A stretch of 64,000 nucleotides of DNA from Thermoproteota archaeon (GTDB lineage: Archaea > Thermoproteota > Nitrososphaeria_A > Caldarchaeales > Calditenuaceae), in assembly GCA_030550155.1 (NCBI GenBank), contig JAUQPZ010000004.1, positions 1,298 to 65,297 of the forward strand. The letters run 5' to 3'. Below are positions 46,190 to 54,225 of this stretch, piece after piece; the first letter of the stretch is position 1; every line of letters begins with the position of its first letter. The notes under the pieces were generated by a model, which was not told the DNA's origin, did no database searches, and saw nothing but the letters and a program-made list of their open reading frames with translations. Made by a program: the position numbers and the translations under genes.

Positions 46190-47038
46190 TCAGACCCAGG
46201 CCGCGAACTCGCAAGAATTAGTGGAGTTGCCGGCGCAGAGCGTCTCTATGCACGAGACATCCTGAGAGCCGTAGGCCTCCCCCAGCAAGCCAGAGACCAC
46301 GCCTCTGAAAAAGTGGCTATTATTACTTCCGCTCCTCCGCTTAGCGCATTCAAAGAGGTCCTTAACAATGATCCTCCAGAACCTCTTCACCGGGTCGCCC
46401 GAGTACCCCTCAACAACACACCAACCAGCTGCCTGCAGCTCGGCCAACGAAATCTGCGCAAGCTCATCAAACGTCAGGCCCGTTTCTTCCCTAACCTGCC
46501 TCGTAAACAGAACACCATATTGCCTACCCAGATCATAGAGGAGAGTGTTTGCAGCCTCCCCCAGCCTCTCCCTCAAATGGTCAATCATGCCGCCCAGAAC
46601 CTCGACCGAGAAAGCCACCGCCCTATTACCGCCCAACAATAATGGGAAGAGATGTTTATTGATGGTTACGCCTCCGGTGAGATACCCATTCACCGATAAG
46701 CCCTCAACGACCCCTATCCCACCCAAACTATTCGCCAGGCCCTCCGCGCTCAGGCCAGAGTCCGTGTAGTCGACGAACAGAGAGACCACGACTTTGCCAT
46801 CCGGAGCCCTTGCAATAGAGCCGTTCACGAACTCGATCGAGCCCCTCGAAGCAATCGACGAGAGCAGCACAATTAGTCCAGCTAAGTCCGATGAAACAGA
46901 CGTCACCTCAGCAATGCTCCTACCGCGCCTAACACAGAGAGAAGGCAGGTAAACAGGTATGCGGAACGAAGACTTCACATTTTTTAACCAGTAGTGCTCG
47001 CCTGGGTCGGATGTCCATGTAGCCGTGGATGTGACCAC
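46190..47038 (-). CDS. V4R (4-vinyl-reductase) domain-containing protein
   Basis: The C-terminal region has the V4R-like pattern (YDLGRQYGVLF ... GWCVVEGYSGD ... CAGNSTNSCEF). 282 aa. Confidence 0.45.
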   Translation of the reverse strand: MVTSTATWTSDPGEHYWLKNVKSSFRIPVYLPSLCVRRGRSIAEVTSVSSDLAGLIVLLSSIASRGSIEFVNGSIARAPDGKVVVSLFVDYTDSGLSAEGLANSLGGIGVVEGLSVNGYLTGGVTINKHLFPLLLGGNRAVAFSVEVLGGMIDHLRERLGEAANTLLYDLGRQYGVLFTRQVREETGLTFDELAQISLAELQAAGWCVVEGYSGDPVKRFWRIIVKDLFECAKRRSGSNNSHFFRGVVSGLLGEAYGSQDVSCIETLCAGNSTNSCEFAAWV

Positions 47039-47109
47039 GGGAATACTACCGCGCGCGTATTTATAAATTTTGTTGATCAGTTAATCTATATTTTTAACGT
47101 GATACCTGT

Positions 47110-48291
47110 TTGTATCTTAAAAGTTTATATAGTGGGCATGCGAACGATATAGCCAGACAAACTTTGACTAACAAGAACCAAGATTTGGCCAAAAATAAGA
47201 AACGCGTAAATCACAACGGAGAGTTCATAAAACTTTTAGACGCCCTAAAGGCCTATGGGCCGCGAAACCTCTCACTCATCTCCATTCTCACCGGAATACC
47301 GCGCGAAACCGTAAGATACAAGGTGAAGAAGCAGCTCAGAGACTTCGGATTCACAGTCCAAATGATGCCCAATTTCTACAAGTTAGGATTAACAAGACTT
47401 TACGCGAAAATTTCATTCACTAGGCATGGAATGAAGATAGCGCAAAAACTATTACACGAACTGGGGATAGGCTCGTATCTATCATACTATTGCAAAGTCG
47501 CCTTCAAAAACGACTATATCGCCATAATAAACCCGCCATCGAAATGGGCGAACAAGTTTAGTGAATTCTTCGAGAGACTGGCGAGCGAAGGAATAGCCAA
47601 GGATTACGAGGTCCAAGAGATTAAAGAAGTAGGATACCCGCACGTGTCTTATCGCCTCTTCAACTTCGAGAAAGGAACATGGAGCCTCAATGAAGAGGAG
47701 TCGCGCACTAGCGAGGGTGTAGTCCTGCAGAGGGCCTCGAGGGATGAAGCAACCAACTATCTGATGGATTCTTCGGACCTCGCGATAATTACTGAATTAC
47801 AGGCGGATGCCTTTAAACCGCTAACAAAAATCTCAGAGATTGTCAATCGGGACCCGAGGCTCCTAAGATATCACTTCCAAGAGCACGTAGTCCGGAAAGG
47901 ACTAATTGCGGGGTATGTGTTAAGCTGGTTCCCAAGGGGCGTTGACGCCCCTCATCTCTCGCGTATCTGGCTCAAGACAGACCCACTCACCACCCAAAAA
48001 GCCATCGAATTCTCTAGGATCACTTCCACGTCACCATTCTGTAAATTCTATCAAATACTAGAAGACGGCACAGGCATGGTCTATATGCTAATTGACAGAC
48101 AATTCACATCTGCTGTCAGACACCTTTCCAAACTATTGATGGAGCATGATATAGGCTGTGAATCCATGATTGTGGACGACGCGACTGCGTTCTCATTGAC
48201 GATGGAGATGTATAAAGAAGGATATGGATGGCTAAAACCAAAACTAGACGACACAATAACAATGACACTACACGAAATGGCCCGTCAATAA
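47110..48291 (+). CDS. Hypothetical tandem-HTH (Lrp/AsnC-like, duplicated) regulator encoded in a low-GC island
   Basis: Two Lrp-like HTH segments (LISILTGIPRETVRYKVKKQL and AIITELQADAFKPLTKISEIVNRDPRLLRYHF), each followed by a ~100-aa domain. Gene GC is visibly lower than its surroundings. Confidence 0.45.
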   Translation: MYLKSLYSGHANDIARQTLTNKNQDLAKNKKRVNHNGEFIKLLDALKAYGPRNLSLISILTGIPRETVRYKVKKQLRDFGFTVQMMPNFYKLGLTRLYAKISFTRHGMKIAQKLLHELGIGSYLSYYCKVAFKNDYIAIINPPSKWANKFSEFFERLASEGIAKDYEVQEIKEVGYPHVSYRLFNFEKGTWSLNEEESRTSEGVVLQRASRDEATNYLMDSSDLAIITELQADAFKPLTKISEIVNRDPRLLRYHFQEHVVRKGLIAGYVLSWFPRGVDAPHLSRIWLKTDPLTTQKAIEFSRITSTSPFCKFYQILEDGTGMVYMLIDRQFTSAVRHLSKLLMEHDIGCESMIVDDATAFSLTMEMYKEGYGWLKPKLDDTITMTLHEMARQ

Positions 48292-48745
48292 ATTCCAACT
48301 TAGAACGGGTCCTTCCCGATTGGCGGTCCCTGGCACTCCATTCTGACCATCACCGCTCTTAGCAGCATTGCTACTGGTTATAAGTCTTTTCCTTAAAAGC
48401 AAATTTTCCGTAAATTATTTGTGAATTAGGAAAAATAGGAGGCGGACTATTTTTGCTTTCTAATGTTTAGAAAAGCGTTTTTCAGTATTATTTAAACTTT
48501 CGCTCACAGTGGGGTTTTCAAGTTTTATTGGCATTGGCCATAGAACTGTCAATTAGCGGAGAATGTTCGTCGGATTAACTTCAAGTCCGACACATATCAC
48601 GTTGTACTCAGTATCCAATTTACGGATTTTTGTTTTGGGAAACCAATATTTGTGCGAAGAACGTATGTTTTAGAGACTATAAGGCTCGATTACGTCTGTT
48701 AGTAAAAGTTTTTTAAAGTGTCCCGCTCATCAGCCTTAGAAAACT

Positions 48746-49945
48746 GTGGATATGGTGTTAATCAGGTTTAACTTCGGTCTCACTCGCGACTTCTGGATTC
48801 TAATGCTCTCCCTCTTGCTGATTAATATGTTCGGGCTGGGTTTCAGCCCGTTTCTGCCTTACTTTCTTCGCGAGATAGGTGCCAGCATCTCAGAGGTTGC
48901 GTTTGTCTTAGCTTTCTCAAGGATAGCTTATACCTTGTTGCTTAGTGTGGGTGGCTTAGCAGGCGACCTGGTTGGTAGGAAGGCGCCGATGATTCTGGGC
49001 CCGGTTATAGTGGGCGCGTCGTATATTGTTCTCGCGGGAGCTAGGTCTTGGAGCGACGCAATCTTGCCGCTCACCTTTTCCTTACTGCCCGGCGCATTTA
49101 TCGCCCCTGCAGTCTTCGCATACATTGGTGACGTTGTCGAGCCGCTTAAATACGGTAGAGCATTTGGCATCTACTATTCGATCATGAATATCAGCGCTAT
49201 TCTCGGCTATCTGATAGTTGGCTCCTTGGTGGATAGATTTGGCTACAGTTTTAGCATATTAGCTGTCGGTGTCGTAGCGATACTTGGCGCTTTCACCAGA
49301 GTCTGGCTTCGAGAGACTAGAAGGGCCGTGAAAGAAATAGCGGTCCTGGTATACCTAAGGGAGGCCTACGGATATCTGAGACAGAGGGTCGTGCTCTTAC
49401 TGGTTATCTTACTAAGCCTCTACATGGGGTTGGCTAGTGTTTTGGACTCTGTTATCTTTCCGCTCTGGGCTAGAGAGATAGTCTCGCTGAAAGAGGTTGA
49501 CTTCTCCATCATTCTCTCTTTAGAGGCGGCTATCTACTCGATGCTGTCTCCGATAGGCGGCCGCCTAGCCGAGTCAAGGACTCTTTGGATCTATCTCTCA
49601 GCCCTCGAGCTCCTAATCAAGATACCGGCTCTGCTACTTCTCTCACATGCGACGAGCTTCTTACAGCTGCTCGCAGTCCTATTACTTAATTCTGGATTAG
49701 CGATATTTGTCATTCCAGGTCTCAATTCGCGGCTTTCAGCAGCGCTTAGCAGCGCGCATAGGGGAGCCATCTGGGGGATGCAGCAGTCCTTTATCTCGGC
49801 TGCAACCATCTGCTTCACATTGATTGGGGGCTATGCCTGGGAGTCTCTGGGAAATGTAATCACGGTCCATATCTTTCTTTTCTACCCTGTCGTGATGGTT
49901 TTGCTTCTTGTTGTTTTGGCCGGTCTAGAGCGGCGAGGAGCCTAA
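48746..49945 (+). CDS. Major-facilitator-superfamily transporter
   Basis: 12 TM, MFS motif GDLVGRK after TM2. 399 aa. Confidence 0.7.
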   Translation: MDMVLIRFNFGLTRDFWILMLSLLLINMFGLGFSPFLPYFLREIGASISEVAFVLAFSRIAYTLLLSVGGLAGDLVGRKAPMILGPVIVGASYIVLAGARSWSDAILPLTFSLLPGAFIAPAVFAYIGDVVEPLKYGRAFGIYYSIMNISAILGYLIVGSLVDRFGYSFSILAVGVVAILGAFTRVWLRETRRAVKEIAVLVYLREAYGYLRQRVVLLLVILLSLYMGLASVLDSVIFPLWAREIVSLKEVDFSIILSLEAAIYSMLSPIGGRLAESRTLWIYLSALELLIKIPALLLLSHATSFLQLLAVLLLNSGLAIFVIPGLNSRLSAALSSAHRGAIWGMQQSFISAATICFTLIGGYAWESLGNVITVHIFLFYPVVMVLLLVVLAGLERRGA

Positions 49946-50058
49946 ATTTTCCGGGTGAGTGAGGAATCAACATATTGTTTGTGAAAAGGGCAACAGCTAA
50001 TCAGCAAGACAAATATTCAGAGGATTCTTGGACTGGGTGGTGATTAACAGATAAAAGG

Positions 50059-50955
50059 GTGAGCGTGATGAGTCTTAACTCAAAGAGGCAAGCCGCCCCG
50101 CTTCTCTCTGAGATAGACATTAGCACCCTCGCAGACTTCATAAAGAGGATGTTAAACTCTCTCGGAATCACAGCCTTCAGGCCGAGCATAGAGAATAGGG
50201 GCGGCAGTGGCAAGATATCTTATCCGGAGGCGGACGCGATTCTCAAGACGAGGGGCGAGGAGACGATCAGGATCTTGGACACCCTCACGTCTATGGGAGT
50301 TTTCAAGCGGGTGCTCCTAGAGGTGATTAAGGTCTGCCCAAACTGTGGCTCACCATCAATAGAGCTGAGGGGGAAGTGCCCGTCATGCGGCGCCGAAACC
50401 TTAGTCCAGTATTTTGGAGTTGATGGGTCGGCATGCCCGTCCTGTGGTGCAAGGTTTGAGAGCGCGCAAATTCTTTTAACCTGTAAAAGCTGTAAGTCTA
50501 GCTTCACTCCTCCGAGCAGCAGAGACGTCCCGCTCTACATGTATGTCTTGATACCGCCTGAAGGGTCCGCTAGGCCTGTTTTGGAGGAGCGGGTCGGGAT
50601 GGCGAAGGCCACTGATAGTCTGTCTCTGGACGCCGTCAGGATCATAGATGCTTTTGTTGAAAAACTGGACAAGGTACTTGAAGAATACTTCAAGGCAAAG
50701 CCGCTGTATCAGATCTCTCAGTCAACCTCTGTCCAGAGGCAAGGAGATGTCACGCAGGTCCAGCTAGCGCCGCACCTCGCCAAGACCTACCAAGTGGTGA
50801 GGAACAGGGGCCGTGTTACAGCTCTGGATGTCTCGATCGAGACTGGGCGTTCGAGGCCGCTTGAGAGTGTCTACTTAAACCAGCTCGTGGCTCTTGGACT
50901 GGTGTCGAAGGTGAGAGTAGGCAGGAAACTTTACTTCACTTTAAAGAGCCAGTAG
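50059..50955 (+). CDS. Zinc-ribbon plus winged-helix (TrmB-like) putative transcriptional regulator
   Basis: N-terminal wHTH-like region, two C-x2-C pairs (CPNCG...CPSCG; CPSCG...CKSCK), and a C-terminal wHTH (RVTALDVSIETGRSRPLESVYLNQLVALGLVSK). Confidence 0.4.
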   Translation: MSVMSLNSKRQAAPLLSEIDISTLADFIKRMLNSLGITAFRPSIENRGGSGKISYPEADAILKTRGEETIRILDTLTSMGVFKRVLLEVIKVCPNCGSPSIELRGKCPSCGAETLVQYFGVDGSACPSCGARFESAQILLTCKSCKSSFTPPSSRDVPLYMYVLIPPEGSARPVLEERVGMAKATDSLSLDAVRIIDAFVEKLDKVLEEYFKAKPLYQISQSTSVQRQGDVTQVQLAPHLAKTYQVVRNRGRVTALDVSIETGRSRPLESVYLNQLVALGLVSKVRVGRKLYFTLKSQ

Positions 50956-50996
50956 ACGTCAAAATTAAAGCGTGGAGACTATCGACTCTTTTTAGC

Positions 50997-51647
50997 ATGC
51001 CTTGGCTTGGAGTCATATTCGACCTCGACGGAACCCTGATAAGATTTCCTGAGCCTTGGATAAGCGAGGCTAGGAAAGAGTTTCTCAAGTGGCTTCTGGA
51101 GACCACATCAGTTAACCCGGAGTCTATAAGCGAGCTATCTATCCCCCAGATAATTGAGCTTGTAGCTAATGGTGACCGCGAGAGGTATAGGCAGCTTAAG
51201 GAGGCCGCGAACTCCATCTATATTAGAAGGGAGCTGGAGGCCGCTGAAAACGCCCATCCGAGAGAGGGGGTCGTTGACCTCTTGGAGGAGCTTAAGCGTA
51301 GACGCGTGGTTATGGCTGTAGCCACTAACAACTCCAGGGAGGCCGCGATATTGTCGCTTAAGACCGCAGGTATCGCGGAGTATTTCGGCTGCGTGGTCAG
51401 CAGAAATGATGTGGAGGAGATGAAGCCGAGCCCCGAGATGCTTGTCAAGGCCGCGTATGCGGCGAATATCCCGCTGAGCATGGGGATACATGTGGGTGAC
51501 TCTGTAGTTGATGTTCTCGCGGCGCGTTCGATAGGGATGATGGCTGTCTCCGTTATGGGTGGTGTGAGCAGCCTTGAGAAGATATTGTCGAGCAGGCCCC
51601 ACATGATAATTAGGCAACCCATACATCTGCTCAAGATACTGACATAG
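50997..51647 (+). CDS. HAD-superfamily hydrolase (phosphoglycolate-phosphatase-like subfamily IA)
   Basis: Motif I VIFDLDGTL, motif II VATNNS, motif III/IV K...GDSVVD. 216 aa. Confidence 0.75.
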   Translation: MPWLGVIFDLDGTLIRFPEPWISEARKEFLKWLLETTSVNPESISELSIPQIIELVANGDRERYRQLKEAANSIYIRRELEAAENAHPREGVVDLLEELKRRRVVMAVATNNSREAAILSLKTAGIAEYFGCVVSRNDVEEMKPSPEMLVKAAYAANIPLSMGIHVGDSVVDVLAARSIGMMAVSVMGGVSSLEKILSSRPHMIIRQPIHLLKILT

Positions 51648-51708
51648 ACGAGACAGCTCTTCTAGATTGTCTTTATAATCCATCTGAAAACCTAAACTAG
51701 TAAGAGGC

Positions 51709-53088
51709 TTGGCGGCTTTGGAAGGGCTCGTAAAAAACTCTGCAGAGTTAATGAGACTCTTCAGGGAGCGGGAGCAAGTAGCCGTTGACCTGCTAAGGCT
51801 TGTAGAGGCCGGCTTGGCCGCCGTCGAGCCTAGAAGCCTGACTCGGCGCAAAGTGGTCTTGAAGAATAATCTCTTGGCTGTAGACGGCTTTAGTCTGGAC
51901 TTAGGCGGGTTTAGGAGCGTGTGGGTTATCGCCGTAGGTAAGGCCGCTCCGGGGATGGCTCGGGGGTTGATGGACGTTCTGGGAGGAAGGGTGGACAAGT
52001 GTGTAGTGGTGGCGCCTCGGGGCTCCGACCTCTCAATGATTGGCGGGTCATTACATGTTTATCTGTCGTCCCACCCCATACCTGATGAGTCTGGGCTCAG
52101 AGCATCTGAGGCTCTGCTTGAGATGCTGAAAGACGTTTCAAAGGACACCCTGATTATCTTTCTGGTCTCAGGGGGCGCGTCGTCTCTTCTTCCAGCCCCC
52201 GCCGAGGGAGTGTCTCTAAGTGACAAGGCTGAGGCCACGAGACTTCTACTCTCGTCAGGCGCAACGATCGAGGAGCTGAACATCGTCAGGAAACATCTCT
52301 CCTCGGTTAAGGGCGGCCAGCTAGCAAGGGCCATGTCTCCTGCAAGGGTGCTAAGCCTCATACTCTCCGACGTGCCAGGAGACAAGCTTGAGGTCATTGG
52401 CTCGGGGCCGACCCTGCCAGACCCCTCCACTTTCCGCGACGCCTACGAGGTCCTAGTCCGTAGAAACGTGTGGACAGATCTTCCGAGGGCCGTGAGGGAG
52501 AGGATAGAGGCGGGGGTTGCTGGGCGGTTGGAAGAGACACCCAAGCCAGGAGACCCGTTGTTTGAGAGGGTTACAAACGTCTTGATAGGCTCTGTGGGCG
52601 ACGCGCTGGAGGCCGTTGTTGAGGCGGGCTCTCGGCTGGGATACAGGGGACTGATTCTGTCGAGGTGCTTCGAGGGTGAGGCGTCTTCTCTGGGCCTGCT
52701 GTTTGGCACGATGGCGCTTGAGCTTGAGAGGCGGCCGGGAGAGTTGTTTGCTCTCGGAGGCGAGTCGACGGTCAACGTGAGGGGAAGGGGGAGAGGTGGT
52801 AGGAATCAGGAGCTGGCTCTGGCGGCCCTAACGAGGCTGAAGGAGGGTTGCAGGAACATCGTGGCCTCTTTTGGAACCGACGGTGTGGACGGGCCCACAG
52901 ACGCCGCAGGAGGTGTCGCCTGCTCTGAACAGTTAGCCATAATCCGGAGCCTCGGCCTAAACCCGCGAGACTACCTAGAGACAAACGACTCCTACACATT
53001 CTTCAAAAAGGTCGGCGGACACATAGTCACAGGACCCACGGGGACAAACGTTGGAGATGTTGTGCTGATCCTCTCTCCAAAAAACTAA
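51709..53088 (+). CDS. Glycerate 2-kinase (MOFRL family; DUF4147 N-terminal plus MOFRL C-terminal)
   Basis: GKAAPGMARG and SGGASSLL motifs with a C-terminal FGTDGVDGPTD region typical of MOFRL glycerate kinases. 459 aa. Confidence 0.7.
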   Translation: MAALEGLVKNSAELMRLFREREQVAVDLLRLVEAGLAAVEPRSLTRRKVVLKNNLLAVDGFSLDLGGFRSVWVIAVGKAAPGMARGLMDVLGGRVDKCVVVAPRGSDLSMIGGSLHVYLSSHPIPDESGLRASEALLEMLKDVSKDTLIIFLVSGGASSLLPAPAEGVSLSDKAEATRLLLSSGATIEELNIVRKHLSSVKGGQLARAMSPARVLSLILSDVPGDKLEVIGSGPTLPDPSTFRDAYEVLVRRNVWTDLPRAVRERIEAGVAGRLEETPKPGDPLFERVTNVLIGSVGDALEAVVEAGSRLGYRGLILSRCFEGEASSLGLLFGTMALELERRPGELFALGGESTVNVRGRGRGGRNQELALAALTRLKEGCRNIVASFGTDGVDGPTDAAGGVACSEQLAIIRSLGLNPRDYLETNDSYTFFKKVGGHIVTGPTGTNVGDVVLILSPKN

Positions 53089-53312
53089 AAGGAGTGAAAC
53101 ACAGTTCCCCCATCATGGGAAGGAGGAGGGGTGTCTTTTCCCATGCTTGGAGAGGCTGCATGAGGGGCTCTGAGCCATGACCTATGCTTGGGGATTATGT
53201 TGTAGAAGTCCTTAAGAATCGGTGTGTAAGACGTTAAAAGGAGCTCTACGACCAACCTAATCAAATTTATTTATCGATGCTAGATGGATTTGAGGAGCGC
53301 TGGTAGGCCTTC

Positions 53313-53942
53313 ATGGTGGCACCTACACGTGTAGCCTTGTCCATTATCGTGTCGTTTGGCGGGGCCCTTCTGGCCCCCCTCCTACAGTATATAGGCTTGA
53401 GCCTCGCCTTTCCGCCCACCGTTATAGGGTTGATACTGCTGGGCCTCGTTCCAGGGGTCCTCTGCAGAGCTTTCTCACCTGCCTCGATATCGTCTATAGC
53501 CGGAGCACTCGCCGGAGTTATCGTCTGGCTCATGGTAATATTTCAGCCGGTCGGGGACGGGCTGGTCAGATTCGTCTCAGCCAACCTTCAGGTGGACCCA
53601 GTTCTAACATATATTTTGCTGCTGGTTGTGATGGCGCCTGTCGCCGGCTTAGTCGGGCTGGCCGCCTCTCCGCCGACTGAGGAGGGGGTTATAAAGGCTG
53701 CTCTTGAGCAAGGGGAAGTAGCGGAGGCCGAGGCTCCTAAGGAGGGTGCAGGAGCCGTTGCCGGTGTGGAGGCGGCTGAGGAGAGGGTTGAGGAGGCCGA
53801 GGCTGCCGAGACCGTAAGAGCAGAGGCAGAGGAGGCCGTGGCTGTCGAGGAGGTCGTATATGTTAAATGTGGTTTCTGCGGAGAGCCTGTGCCTGAGGAG
53901 GCTGTTTTCTGCCCGAACTGTGGAAGACGCGTCAGGCCCTAG
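53313..53942 (+). CDS. Membrane protein with acidic Ala/Glu-rich linker and C-terminal zinc ribbon
   Basis: ~4 TM helices, an EAEAA-repeat linker, then CGFCGEPVPEEAVFCPNCG. Confidence 0.4.
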   Translation: MVAPTRVALSIIVSFGGALLAPLLQYIGLSLAFPPTVIGLILLGLVPGVLCRAFSPASISSIAGALAGVIVWLMVIFQPVGDGLVRFVSANLQVDPVLTYILLLVVMAPVAGLVGLAASPPTEEGVIKAALEQGEVAEAEAPKEGAGAVAGVEAAEERVEEAEAAETVRAEAEEAVAVEEVVYVKCGFCGEPVPEEAVFCPNCGRRVRP

Positions 53943-54184
53943 CCCCGGCGGGGTCGGCGCGGGAACAGGTTGGCTCCAAGCCAAGCTATGAGGATAGCCA
54001 TTCCCGTGACAGAGGCGAGGATGAGTAGTCTCGTCTGGAGAGGCCGCCAAACCTCGCTGGGCGGCTCGAATACCATGGAAAGATACACCACCACCAGCGC
54101 TAATGCGGCGGCGATCAGCGAGTAGCCGATGAATCTCAGAACCCACTCCTCAGAGGCCAAGGCCCCCCGAATTACTCTCAGCAC
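53939..54184 (-). CDS. Small membrane protein (2 TM), 81 aa
   Basis: Hydrophobic ORF that is convergent on, and abuts, the previous gene. Confidence 0.3.
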   Translation of the reverse strand: MLRVIRGALASEEWVLRFIGYSLIAAALALVVVYLSMVFEPPSEVWRPLQTRLLILASVTGMAILIAWLGANLFPRRPRRG

Positions 54185-54225
54185 AGTATTACGAATAGGT
54201 TATGAGCTCGGTCAAAGACTAGTTT

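Noticed and set aside
51135-51998. 287-aa minus-strand ORF spanning the HAD hydrolase / glycerate kinase junction
   Set aside because: It is antisense to two motif-supported plus-strand genes.
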